DNA of 64,000 bases from Pseudomonadota bacterium (GCA_023423775.1 JAFAEZ010000023.1:5532-69531), one strand, 5' to 3'. Shown: positions 1 through 8,910, numbered from the stretch's first letter. Translations and numbers: made by a program. The notes: a model not told the origin generated them from the letters alone.

Positions 1-477
1 GGGATCAGTCCGACGCGGGCCGAGCATGTCCTGTCCAGTCTCGCAGGACGCATTCCGCTCGTCGTCGACGGCGGAGCCACTGGCCACGGCCTGGAAAGCA
101 CCATCCTGGCAGTGACCGACGGCAGGGTGCGCCTGTTGCGGCCGGGACCAATCATCGAGGCTTCGGCCATCGGCGGGAAAACCGGCGGGATCGAGGCGCC
201 GGGCCAGATGGCCAGTCATTATGCGCCTACAAAGCCGCTCCGCCTCCAGGCGGAGTCGGCCGAGCCGGGCGAATGGCTGATCGGCTTCGGCGCTGTCGCC
301 GGCGACAGCAATCTAAGCGAGTCCGGCGATCTCACCGAGGCGGCGGCGAAATTGTTCGCCTTGCTCCACGAGGCCGACGCGCAGCCCGCGGCCGCGATAG
401 CGGTGGCGCCAGTTCCCGAGACGGGGCTCGGCGTGGCGATCAACGACCGCCTCCGCCGCGCCGCCGCGCCGCGTTAG
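1..477 (+). CDS. sua5: L-threonylcarbamoyladenylate synthase (Sua5/TsaC), 5'-truncated by window edge
   Basis: Frame 1 is open from base 1: ISPTRAEHV...DGGATGHGLESTI...LLRPGPI, then APGQMASHYAP and AINDRLRRAA, typical of YrdC plus Sua5 C-terminal domains. Confidence 0.9.
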   Translation, partial: GISPTRAEHVLSSLAGRIPLVVDGGATGHGLESTILAVTDGRVRLLRPGPIIEASAIGGKTGGIEAPGQMASHYAPTKPLRLQAESAEPGEWLIGFGAVAGDSNLSESGDLTEAAAKLFALLHEADAQPAAAIAVAPVPETGLGVAINDRLRRAAAPR

Positions 478-515
478 GCGCTACAACATTCCTCCTTAGC
501 TCCCCGGCGAACAGC

Positions 516-1022
516 TCAGGCGGTAGCGACGAGCGGCGCCATGCCGGTCGGCGAGAGGATTTCGATCCAATAGCCGTCGGGGTCCCTGATGAAGGCAATG
601 CCCTTCATCTTGCCGTCCTGCGGCCGCTTGACGAAGGGCACGCCGAGCTCCTCGAAGCGGGCGCAGGCAGACTCGACGTCCGGCACGCTGATGCCGAGGT
701 GGCCGAAGCCGCGCGGCTCCTCGTTTCCATTATGATAGCCAGCGAAGCCCGCATCCGCCTCGGTGCCCCAATTGTGGGTGAGCTCGAGCGTGGTTTCGCG
801 GGTGAAGATGAAGCGCGCCCGCTCGGCCGGATCGGCCGGCACGTCCTCGCCGTCCTTAAGGTAGGCGAGGAAAAAGAGCGAGAAGCGCATGTCTTCGAAA
901 TCGAGCCGCTGGAGCAGGCTCATGCCGAGAACATCGCGATAAAAAGCGAGCGAAGGCTCCGGATCGCGGACGCGCAGCATCGTCTGGTTGAGCGCGAAGC
1001 CCTCCGTCGCAGCGTCCCGCAT
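516..1022 (-). CDS. gloA: Lactoylglutathione lyase (glyoxalase I), long form
   Basis: [41 protein letters not shown] at 1022 overlaps the msrA stop (TAATG). Confidence 0.92.
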   Translation of the reverse strand: MRDAATEGFALNQTMLRVRDPEPSLAFYRDVLGMSLLQRLDFEDMRFSLFFLAYLKDGEDVPADPAERARFIFTRETTLELTHNWGTEADAGFAGYHNGNEEPRGFGHLGISVPDVESACARFEELGVPFVKRPQDGKMKGIAFIRDPDGYWIEILSPTGMAPLVATA

Positions 1023-1570
1023 TACTGGGCGGCTTCCTGCCGCTTCAGCCGCGCAGCAAAGCTCTTGCGGAATTTCTGCAGCTTGGGCGCGACCACAGCG
1101 ACGCAATAGCTGTTGTTGGCGCCCTCGCGCTCGAAATATTCCTGGTGATAATCCTCGGCCGGCCACCAGTCGGTGAGCGGCTCGATCTTCGTCACCACCG
1201 GCTCGCTCCAATCCTGCTGCGCGCGCGCGATCGCAGCCTTGGCCGATGCCTCCTGATCCGCGTCGTGCGGGAAGATAGCGGAGCGGTACTGCGTGCCGAT
1301 GTCGTTGCCCTGGCGATTGAGCTGGGTCGGATCATGGGTCGCGAAATAGATGTCCAGAATGTCGTCATAGGAGATGATGTCGGGATCGAACGTGATCCGC
1401 ACCGCCTCGGCATGGCCGGTGTCGCCGCCGCACACCTGCTTGTAGGTCGGGTTGGGCAGGTTGCCGCCGATATAGCCGCTCTCGACGCTCGAAACGCCGA
1501 TCACGTCGTCGAAGATCGCCTCGGTGCACCAGAAGCACCCGCCCGCCAATGTCGCCTGCTGTTCGGCCAT
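1022..1570 (-). CDS. msrA: Peptide-methionine (S)-S-oxide reductase
   Basis: GGCFWC active site, [26 protein letters not shown] at 1570 with GAGGA upstream. Confidence 0.95.
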   Translation of the reverse strand: MAEQQATLAGGCFWCTEAIFDDVIGVSSVESGYIGGNLPNPTYKQVCGGDTGHAEAVRITFDPDIISYDDILDIYFATHDPTQLNRQGNDIGTQYRSAIFPHDADQEASAKAAIARAQQDWSEPVVTKIEPLTDWWPAEDYHQEYFEREGANNSYCVAVVAPKLQKFRKSFAARLKRQEAAQ

Positions 1571-1622
1571 GTCGTCCTCGCTTGAAGTGGTTCGCGTCCC
1601 AGATAGGCGCGCGGCCGCCCGA

Positions 1623-3656
1623 TTATAATGGGTTCTTGGCGTCGCCCGCAGCCGCGTCGCCATTCACATGCGCGCCGGGCAGGGTGAAACGGAAGACGGC
1701 CCCGCCCTCGGGCCGGTTCTCGGCCCAGATCTTGCCGCCATGCGCCTCGATGATCGTGCGGCTGATCGAGAGGCCGATGCCCATGCCTTCGCTCTTGGTC
1801 GTCCGGAACGGCGAGAAAAGGGCGTCGACGACTTCTTCCGAAAGGCCGGTGCCCGTGTCGGCGACGCTGACCTCGACCAGGCCGGCGCCGACGGCGCGCG
1901 TGGCGATCGTCACTTCGCGCCGTGGCAGGCCCTTCATCGCTTCGATCGCGTTGCGCACGAGATTGATGAGCACCTGCTGGATCTGGATCGAGTCGGCCTC
2001 CACCCAACGCCCGTCGGGCGCGACGCGGATCTCATGCTTCACGCCCAGCACCTGCTCGTCGACGAAGGCGAGCACCGCGGCCTCCTCGATCAGTCGCGCC
2101 AGATCCTCGGTCCGCACGGTGACGTTGCCACGCGCGACCAACTCGCGCAGGCGGCGCACGATATGGCCGGCACGCAGGGCGCTGCTTTCGGCCGCTTCGA
2201 GCGCCCCTATCACTTCCCCGGCATCGGGCAGGTTTTCGAGCAGACGCTGGCTGCCGCGCAGATAGCCGGTGATCGCGGTGAGCGGCTGATTGATCTCGTG
2301 CGCCAAGGTCGAGGCCATCGCCCCCATCGCGCTCAGCCGCGAAACGTGGATCAACTCCGCCTGGAGCTTGCGCAATTCGGCCTCGGCGTGGCGACGGTCA
2401 GTGATGTCGGCCATAGCCCCGACCGCCCGGATTGGGTGGCCCTCCTCGTCCCGGATCACGAAACCGCGATCGAACACGTCGACATATTCGCCATTGCCGG
2501 CGAGGAAGCGATATCCTGAGGACCAGCGGTTTCGTCCGGCGTTGATCGCGTCCCACATGACGTGGACGACCCGGGCCCGGTCCTCGGGGTGGAGATGCTG
2601 CTCCCAATAATCGGAATGGGTGTTTCCCTCGCCCCCCGGGAAGCCAAGGAAAGCGGAGGCGGCGTCGCTCCACCAGATCGTGTGATCGATCAGATCATGG
2701 TCCCAGATGGCATCATCCGCGGCGAGCGCGGCCAGCCGGTATCTTTCCTCGATGGCAGCGCGATGCTGGTCTGCGACCCATTGATCGTGGACGTCATCCA
2801 TCGTGCCGTACCAGCGGACCACGCGCCCCGCTTCGTCGATGCGCGGCGCCGCGCGAGCGAGGAAGCGGCGGTAGCTGCCATCCTCCATGCGCAGGCGCAT
2901 CTCGGCCTGATGCGGCCGCACCGCGTCGCGGGCTGCCTTCCATTCTTCCAGAACCCGATCGACGTCGTCGGGATGAATCGCTTCGCGCGGGCGCGCCGAC
3001 GGATCGAGCTTGGTCAGTTCAAAGAAGCGCGCGCTGACGTTGAGCACCGCGCCGTCGGCGCTGGCCGTCCAGATGATCTGGCGGCTGAGCTCGACCGTGT
3101 AGCGGTAAAGCTCCTCGCTTTGCCGGAGGCGTTCGGCCGCCTCCTGGAGCGCACGGGTGCGCTCCTCGACCCGCACTTCGAGGGAGGCATTGGCCTCCGA
3201 CAACGCGGCCTCGCTCGCCTCTTTCTGCGCAAGATAGGCGCCGGCCTGCCTTTGCCGATCGCGCAGCCGCAGCGCTTTCAGGACCTCGTTGCGCAATATC
3301 GGAGGGTAGACCGGGCGCTCGACGATGGCGACGTGGCCGAGCCGATCGAGCGCGTCCGCGACTTGATCCACTTTCTCGCGCGACGCTATCAGGACGAACG
3401 GGAAATCCGACCAGGACGGCTGCTCAGCGAGCACCCGGCCGAGCGCTACGAGATCGAGCGCGAGCAACGCCACGCCCGTCAGCACGGCGGCGTCGAAGCG
3501 GTCGTCGGCAATGCCCGTCAGCAGCTCGTCGGCCGAGACGAACAGACACTCAAAGTGGCGTTCGCAGACGATCATCCGGACCGTCTCGCTATCCTCGGGC
3601 CCGGCCAGGACCGCGACGCGATAGCCTTCAGCAGCAGATCCGGAGCGGTCGCTCAT
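1623..3656 (-). CDS. Cytoplasmic sensor histidine kinase: degenerate REC-like domain, two PAS/PAC domains, FixL-type HisKA/HATPase
   Basis: H-box LAHEINQPL, N-box NLVRNAIEA, G boxes DTGTG and GMGIGLSI; PAS_3-like IHPDD and LHPED; no obvious TM segment. Confidence 0.9.
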   Translation of the reverse strand: MSDRSGSAAEGYRVAVLAGPEDSETVRMIVCERHFECLFVSADELLTGIADDRFDAAVLTGVALLALDLVALGRVLAEQPSWSDFPFVLIASREKVDQVADALDRLGHVAIVERPVYPPILRNEVLKALRLRDRQRQAGAYLAQKEASEAALSEANASLEVRVEERTRALQEAAERLRQSEELYRYTVELSRQIIWTASADGAVLNVSARFFELTKLDPSARPREAIHPDDVDRVLEEWKAARDAVRPHQAEMRLRMEDGSYRRFLARAAPRIDEAGRVVRWYGTMDDVHDQWVADQHRAAIEERYRLAALAADDAIWDHDLIDHTIWWSDAASAFLGFPGGEGNTHSDYWEQHLHPEDRARVVHVMWDAINAGRNRWSSGYRFLAGNGEYVDVFDRGFVIRDEEGHPIRAVGAMADITDRRHAEAELRKLQAELIHVSRLSAMGAMASTLAHEINQPLTAITGYLRGSQRLLENLPDAGEVIGALEAAESSALRAGHIVRRLRELVARGNVTVRTEDLARLIEEAAVLAFVDEQVLGVKHEIRVAPDGRWVEADSIQIQQVLINLVRNAIEAMKGLPRREVTIATRAVGAGLVEVSVADTGTGLSEEVVDALFSPFRTTKSEGMGIGLSISRTIIEAHGGKIWAENRPEGGAVFRFTLPGAHVNGDAAAGDAKNPL

Positions 3657-3720
3657 CGCTCGCCGCAGCTCCGAGCCAAGGTGGGTCCAGCCCCCACCAT
3701 GCAGGGGGCCCGAGGCGTCG

Positions 3721-4350
3721 TCAGGTGCCGCTCTGCTCGAGCGATGCGAGTTCCGCCTGGACCGCCAACGTCAAAGCCTCGGCAAGGCTCCCAACCTGGA
3801 GCCGATCCATCATATTGGCGCGGTGCATCTCGACGGTGCGCAGGCTGATGTCGAGATGGCGCGCCAGCATCTTGTTGGGCAGGCCGGCCATAAGGCCCTG
3901 CAGCACTTCACGCTCGCGGGTGGTGAGATGGCTGATCCGCTCGCGCGCGCTGCGCTTGCGCTCGGCTTTCTCGCCGCGGTCGCGAAGCAGTTCGAAGGCC
4001 CGCTCAAGGCTGCCAAGCAAAACCTCTTCCTCGAACGGCTTCTCGATGAAGTCGATCGCGCCCATCTTCATTGCTCGCACGGCGACCGAGACCTCGCCGT
4101 GACCGGTCATGATGATCACCGGCCAGTCGATGCCCCTTTTCTCGAGGTCCGCCATGACCTGGAAGCCGTCGATCTCCGGCATGCGGATGTCGAGGAGGAC
4201 GCAGCCCGGCTCGAGTTCCTCGAGGCTCTCCAGAAAGTCGGTGCCGCTGGCGAACGGCCGGGATTTCAACTCGGTCGTGCCAAGCATGAAACTGATCGAT
4301 CGGCGTACATCGCGATCGTCGTCCACCACATAGACGTGTTGAGATGACAG
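3721..4350 (-). CDS. FixJ-like response regulator (REC + LuxR HTH); start uncertain (CTG 4350 or GTG 4386)
   Basis: VVDDD, LLDIRMP, MTGHG, FIEKPF, LTTREREVL...SLRTVEMHRANMM. Confidence 0.9.
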   Translation of the reverse strand: MSSQHVYVVDDDRDVRRSISFMLGTTELKSRPFASGTDFLESLEELEPGCVLLDIRMPEIDGFQVMADLEKRGIDWPVIIMTGHGEVSVAVRAMKMGAIDFIEKPFEEEVLLGSLERAFELLRDRGEKAERKRSARERISHLTTREREVLQGLMAGLPNKMLARHLDISLRTVEMHRANMMDRLQVGSLAEALTLAVQAELASLEQSGT

Positions 4351-4393
4351 GGTAACTTCCTTCGGGAACGCAGCTTCAGCCAGCACGCCTGCG

Positions 4394-4421
4394 ATAATGG
4401 GGCTCTGCGCCGTCAAGTCAA
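4394..4421 (-). promoter_or_regulatory. Putative sigma70-type promoter of the fixJ-like gene
   Basis: Minus strand TTGACT-N16-CATTAT. Confidence 0.45.
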
Positions 4422-4469
4422 CCGGGCTCGTTCGCGAAAAATGGCGAAAAATAGCGGAAAAGGCAGGGT

Positions 4470-4513
4470 CCCGGAACAATGCGGCGGCGGGAGTGGGGGT
4501 CCCGCCGCCTTTT
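4470..4513. repeat. GC-rich hairpin, near-duplicate of the hairpin at 37659-37705; terminator-like
   Basis: GGCGGCGGGA...TCCCGCCGCC stem followed by TTTT on +; shares ATGCGGCGGCGGGAG, CCCGCCGCCT and CCCGGAA with the copy upstream of secY. Confidence 0.5.
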
Positions 4514-4734
4514 GTGCATCAGGACCAGTTGATGCCCCGCCGATAAACACCAGCCGCCCCGGTCGGCGCAAGCAATACTAATACCGTAGTAACCGCAGAA
4601 ACGACCGTTACTTGCCCAACTCAAGTGATACCATAGTGTTTACACGGTAAGTTCGCGATGTTCTTTTGCCGGCGTCCTTCGATCTTTCGGTGCCGCCATC
4701 CAGTCGGTCAGCGCGGTCTGCGACTCGAATTGCG

Positions 4735-5604
4735 TCAGTCGGCCTCCGGCAGCCTCTGCTTCACGCGATCGATCCCGGCCCAGGGGTCATTGCGATCCGT
4801 GACTCGCTTCGGGACAGTGCGGATCGTGAATTCCGCCGGTGCCAGCGAGTCGCTCAGTTCGTCCCATTCGAGCGGAAGCGCGACCGGGGCGCCCGGGCGG
4901 GAGCGGGTCGAATACGGCGCGACCGCCGTCGATGTGGGATCGTTGCGCAGATAATCGATGAAAATCCGGCCGACTCGCTCGGCCTTTGAGATCTTGGTCA
5001 AATACCTATCGGGCGCGTCGGCGGCCATGCGTTCGGACACGCTTTTGGCAAAGCCTTTCACGCTCTTCCAGTCGGCGTCGGGCTCAATGGGAACGACGAC
5101 GTGCAGCCCCTTCCCGCCGGTCGTCTTGACGAAGCTTTCCAAGCCGAGCCCGTCCAGCCGCTCGCGGACTTCGAGGGCGGCGCGCACGACATCGCCGAAG
5201 TCGAGGCCCTCCGCCGGATCGAGATCGAATATGATCCGGTCGGGCCGGTCTGGCCGCTCCACGGTCACGCCCCAGGGGTGGATTTCCAGCACGCCCATCT
5301 GGACCATCGCGATCAGCCCGGAAACGTCCTCGAGATAAAGATAGGGCTCGTCGAAGCCCGGAACCTTCACCTCGCGCAATTCTTCGGGGACACCCGAGCC
5401 GGCGTGGCGCTGGTAGAAGCATTTCTTCTCCTGGCCGGTAGGGCAGCGCACCATCGTCACCGGGCGGCGCACGACATGCGGCAGCATCCGCTCCGCCACC
5501 GCAAGATAATAATCGGCAAGTTCGCTCTTGGTGATGCCCTGATCGGGATAGAGGATCTTGTCGGGATTGCTGAGACGCACCCCTTCGACGATGCGCTCGC
5601 TCAT
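4735..5604 (-). CDS. Stand-alone LigD-type primase-polymerase domain protein
   Basis: LSNPDKILYP, RCPTG, FYQRH, IFDLDP, KTTGGKGLHV, IFIDYLRN, PYSTRSRPGAPV. Confidence 0.92.
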   Translation of the reverse strand: MSERIVEGVRLSNPDKILYPDQGITKSELADYYLAVAERMLPHVVRRPVTMVRCPTGQEKKCFYQRHAGSGVPEELREVKVPGFDEPYLYLEDVSGLIAMVQMGVLEIHPWGVTVERPDRPDRIIFDLDPAEGLDFGDVVRAALEVRERLDGLGLESFVKTTGGKGLHVVVPIEPDADWKSVKGFAKSVSERMAADAPDRYLTKISKAERVGRIFIDYLRNDPTSTAVAPYSTRSRPGAPVALPLEWDELSDSLAPAEFTIRTVPKRVTDRNDPWAGIDRVKQRLPEAD

Positions 5605-6647
5605 ATCGCGCCCTCCAGTTCGGCGATCAGCTCGGCCGGACGCGCCTCATGATCGAGCTGGTCCATCCGGCATTGCTCCGGCGCCTTGTCCGGCCGCCAG
5701 CGCAGGAATTTCGTGCCGTGGCGGAAGCGGTCGCCGGTGACATGGTCGTAGCGCACTTCGGCGACCAATTCCGGCCGCAGCGGCTGCCAGTCGGCCGAGC
5801 GGTCGGTGCTCCAGCGGCTCGGGCCACCGGGCGCATTGCCGGAGAAGCCAGGCGATTCGACCAACGCCTCGAGGCGCTTCGTCAAAGCCGGCCGTTCCGG
5901 TGAGGGAATGGCAGAGGTGAAGCCGACATGGTCGAGCTTTCCTTGGTGATTGTAGAGGCCGAGCAGGAGCGAGCCGACCTCGGCCTTGCCGGTGGCGTAG
6001 CGGAAGCCGCCGACGACGCAGTCGGCGGTGCGCATCTGCTTGATCTTCAGCATCGCGCGCTCGCCGGGCTCGTAACGGCCGTCGCGCCGCTTGGCGACGA
6101 CGCCGTCCAGCGCGCCGCCGGCGGCGTCGAGCCACGCCTGCGCCGCCTCTCGATCCAGAGTGCAGGGCGAAAGCTGCAGCGTCGGCTCGCGCTCCTGCTG
6201 GTGGAAATGTTCCAGCGCCTCGCGCCGCTCAGCGAGCGGACGATCGACGAGCCTTTCGTCGCCGATCGCCAGACAGTCGAACAGCATCAGCTGCGCCGGA
6301 GTCTCGGCGGCGAGCTTACGGATCCGGCTCTCGGCCGGGTGGAGGCGCATCTGCAGCGCTTCGAACGAAAGGATACCGCCGACCGGGATGATGAGTTCGC
6401 CGTCCAGCACGAAGCGATCGGCGCGCAGACCCGCCATCACGGCTACGACTTCGGGAAAATAGCGGCCGAGCGGCTTTCCGGCCTTCGACTGAAGCTCGAC
6501 GCCGCCTCCGTCGCGAAAGACGAGGCAGCGGAAGCCGTCCCATTTGGGCTCGAACTGCCAGCCAGGGCCGTCGGGCAGCGCATCGACAAGCTTCGCCTCC
6601 ATCGGCGGCAGTCCGGGCCTCACCGGGATCGTGTCGAACGGTGCCAT
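5601..6647 (-). CDS. ATP-dependent DNA ligase (LigC-like)
   Basis: Adenylation motif EPKWDGFR, LDGEL, DGVVAK, RFRHGTKFLRWRPDK; ATGA overlap with the downstream gene. Confidence 0.92.
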   Translation of the reverse strand: MAPFDTIPVRPGLPPMEAKLVDALPDGPGWQFEPKWDGFRCLVFRDGGGVELQSKAGKPLGRYFPEVVAVMAGLRADRFVLDGELIIPVGGILSFEALQMRLHPAESRIRKLAAETPAQLMLFDCLAIGDERLVDRPLAERREALEHFHQQEREPTLQLSPCTLDREAAQAWLDAAGGALDGVVAKRRDGRYEPGERAMLKIKQMRTADCVVGGFRYATGKAEVGSLLLGLYNHQGKLDHVGFTSAIPSPERPALTKRLEALVESPGFSGNAPGGPSRWSTDRSADWQPLRPELVAEVRYDHVTGDRFRHGTKFLRWRPDKAPEQCRMDQLDHEARPAELIAELEGAI

Positions 6648-6655
6648 GGCGTACA

Positions 6656-6680
6656 GACGCGCCTGAATTGCCGCGGTTCC
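6656..6680 (-). promoter_or_regulatory. Putative EcfG-type (general stress) ECF promoter
   Basis: Minus strand GGAAC-N16-CGTC, 8 nt before the ligase ATG. Confidence 0.5.
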
Positions 6681-6800
6681 GAACGGATACTTAACGATCT
6701 AAAGGCGCACTTGCGATGAATCGCGGCTGCGGCGGGACGATGCGAGGATCCCAGTATTCCCTCTTAATTGAGGAGAAACCCTTTGAACTTTAAAAGGAAG

Positions 6801-7439
6801 GTGAGATTTTCCGGGGAGGCTCGAGCCATTCTTACGCGCAGGAACATTCTACAAGCAGGGGCGGCAGCCGGTCTTGCCGCGACGCTGGCGCGCCCCACCG
6901 TGGCAGCGACGGTGGCGCCGTTCGAGCCGCAGATCGATCCCAGGCTGAAGGCCCGCGCCCTGCTCGCCCTCGAAGCCAAGAGAGGGAGCATCCGCAACGC
7001 CGACGTCATTGGCATCACCGATTTCTCCCGCCCCTCGCGCGAAGCACGTTTCTATCTGCTCGACGTGCGCAGCGGCCGGATCACCAACCATCTCGTCGCG
7101 CATGGCCGCGGTTCGGACCCGACCCATCTCGGCTGGCTGCAGAGCTTCTCCAACGAAGTCGGCTCCGAGGCCACGTCGCGCGGCTCCTACGTCACCAGCG
7201 AATATTATAACGGCAAATACGGTTACTCACTGCGCCTCAAGGGCCTCGACCACAGCAACAACAATGCCGAGGCGCGCGCGATCGTGGTCCACAGCGCTTG
7301 GTATGCCGAGCCCAAGGTCGTCCAGGAATATGGCAAGCTCGGCCGTAGCGAGGGCTGCTTCGCTTTGTCCGCCGCCAGCCACGCCGAAGTGCTTGCGCGC
7401 CTCGGCCCGGGCCGCCTGCTCTACGCCGACCGTGTCTGA
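6801..7439 (+). CDS. Murein L,D-transpeptidase catalytic-domain protein (YkuD_2-like) with Tat signal; start uncertain
   Basis: LTRRNILQ twin-arginine signal; VAHGRGSD, RAIVVH, GRSEGCFA catalytic His/Cys. Confidence 0.85.
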   Translation: MRFSGEARAILTRRNILQAGAAAGLAATLARPTVAATVAPFEPQIDPRLKARALLALEAKRGSIRNADVIGITDFSRPSREARFYLLDVRSGRITNHLVAHGRGSDPTHLGWLQSFSNEVGSEATSRGSYVTSEYYNGKYGYSLRLKGLDHSNNNAEARAIVVHSAWYAEPKVVQEYGKLGRSEGCFALSAASHAEVLARLGPGRLLYADRV

Positions 7440-7456
7440 CCGGCAAAGCTGAACGG

Positions 7457-7497
7457 AAAAAAGGCCCGGCTTCTCGATGGGGAAGCCGGGCCTTTTT
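7457..7497. terminator. Bidirectional intrinsic terminator between the convergent LDT genes
   Basis: AAAAAGGCCCGGCTTC-N8-GAAGCCGGGCCTTTTT. Confidence 0.9.
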
Positions 7498-7503
7498 GTT
7501 GGC

Positions 7504-8769
7504 TCAGTTGCTGGCGGAGGCCAGCGCCGTGCCGTTGCGATCGTTAAGCGCGACGACCACCTTGCCGTCGCGACCGTAGACATCCTTATATTCGAGGATG
7601 CCCTGGTTATCCTTGGCTGCCGCCGCGGTAAAATAGGTGATGTAAACCGGCATCGGCGCGGCCGCGTTGGCCTGCACCGTCTTGCCCGAAGCGACCGTCG
7701 CGTCGATCTTCGCCCGGTCCCATTCGGGATTGTTGAGCATGATCTCGGCGAAGCCGAGCGGATCCTCGGTGCGGATGCAGCCGTGGCTGAAGGCGCGCGC
7801 GTCGCGCTTGAACAAGGCCTTGGCCGGCGTGTCGTGAAGGTAGATAGCGTAATTGTTCGGCATCACCACCTTCATCCGGCCGAGCGAGTTGGCCGGGCCC
7901 GGGGGCTGGCGATAGCGCACGCCGTTGCCGTTCTTGACCGCGACATAGCCCTTCTTGCCGCGGACTTCCGGAGCGATGCTCTGCGGCACTTCCCACCACG
8001 GATTGAGGATCACGCCGGTGACGGTCGCGCTGAGTTGCGGCGTCGCGGTCTTGGGCGCACCGACCACGGCGCGGCGGCGTGCGATGACATGGCCGTCCTC
8101 GACCAAGGCGACGGTGTAGGCCGGCACGTTGACGATCAGATAGCGCTCACCGAGGTGGCGCGGTAGCCAGCGCCAGCGGTCGAGATTGACGCGCACCTTG
8201 TCGCGCGTCGCCTTGTCCTTGACGTTGGCGAGGACCTGCTTGAGCTCGGTATATTGCGGGTGGGTCGGCAGCAGCGAATTGAGCGAATCGGCGACGGTGC
8301 CGTTGGCGACGGCGCGCTCCATCATCGCATATTGTTCGTTGCCGTTGAGGTCGGGGTCCACCATGTGCCAGTCGACGCGCGTGTCGCCGCGGGCGTGTCC
8401 GAGCGCGAGATCCGAAGAGAGACGCAAGAAGACGTCGGTCGCCACCCGGCTGAGGAGCGCCATGTCGGGACCGGTAAGCGCGGCGCGCAATTCAGCGTCG
8501 CTATAATCGGCCGGATCCAGGCCTTCCTCGCCGACGCGCTCAACATAGACGAGCAGTTCCCGGGCGGCGGATTTGGTCCACTGGACCGCAGCGGCCTGGC
8601 TTTGGAGCGCGCGCAATGCCTTCTCCGATTCATCGATCGGCGTCGCCGGAGCCTCTCCGGTAGCGATCTGCTCGGCGGTCGGCTTCTCGCCCTGCTGGAG
8701 CTGCGCCAAAGCCGGCGTCGCGCCGGCCGCGAGCAGGAGGGCGAGCGAAAGTTTGAAATTGCTGTGCAT
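7504..8769 (-). CDS. L,D-transpeptidase family protein (YcbB/LdtD-like)
   Basis: Signal peptide; NLDRWRWLP, VNVPAY, NPWWEVP, IYLHDTP...AFSHGCIR. Confidence 0.92.
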   Translation of the reverse strand: MHSNFKLSLALLLAAGATPALAQLQQGEKPTAEQIATGEAPATPIDESEKALRALQSQAAAVQWTKSAARELLVYVERVGEEGLDPADYSDAELRAALTGPDMALLSRVATDVFLRLSSDLALGHARGDTRVDWHMVDPDLNGNEQYAMMERAVANGTVADSLNSLLPTHPQYTELKQVLANVKDKATRDKVRVNLDRWRWLPRHLGERYLIVNVPAYTVALVEDGHVIARRRAVVGAPKTATPQLSATVTGVILNPWWEVPQSIAPEVRGKKGYVAVKNGNGVRYRQPPGPANSLGRMKVVMPNNYAIYLHDTPAKALFKRDARAFSHGCIRTEDPLGFAEIMLNNPEWDRAKIDATVASGKTVQANAAAPMPVYITYFTAAAAKDNQGILEYKDVYGRDGKVVVALNDRNGTALASASN

Positions 8770-8910
8770 ATCGGTCCCTTTAGCGCAGCCCTTTGGCCCA
8801 AACCAGCTTTCCCCAAGCTGACTGAAATTGCCCTACCCCGATCGGCGCACGGCGCACAAATTTGTCCCCGGGCGCAGATCGCGAAATCCACAACGCGGGA
8901 ACCCGCCACG

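Noticed and set aside
1623..4350. Assigning the symbols fixL/fixJ
   Set aside because: Transmitter and regulator are FixLJ-like, but I cannot confirm a heme-PAS domain and there are no fixK or fixNOQP neighbours
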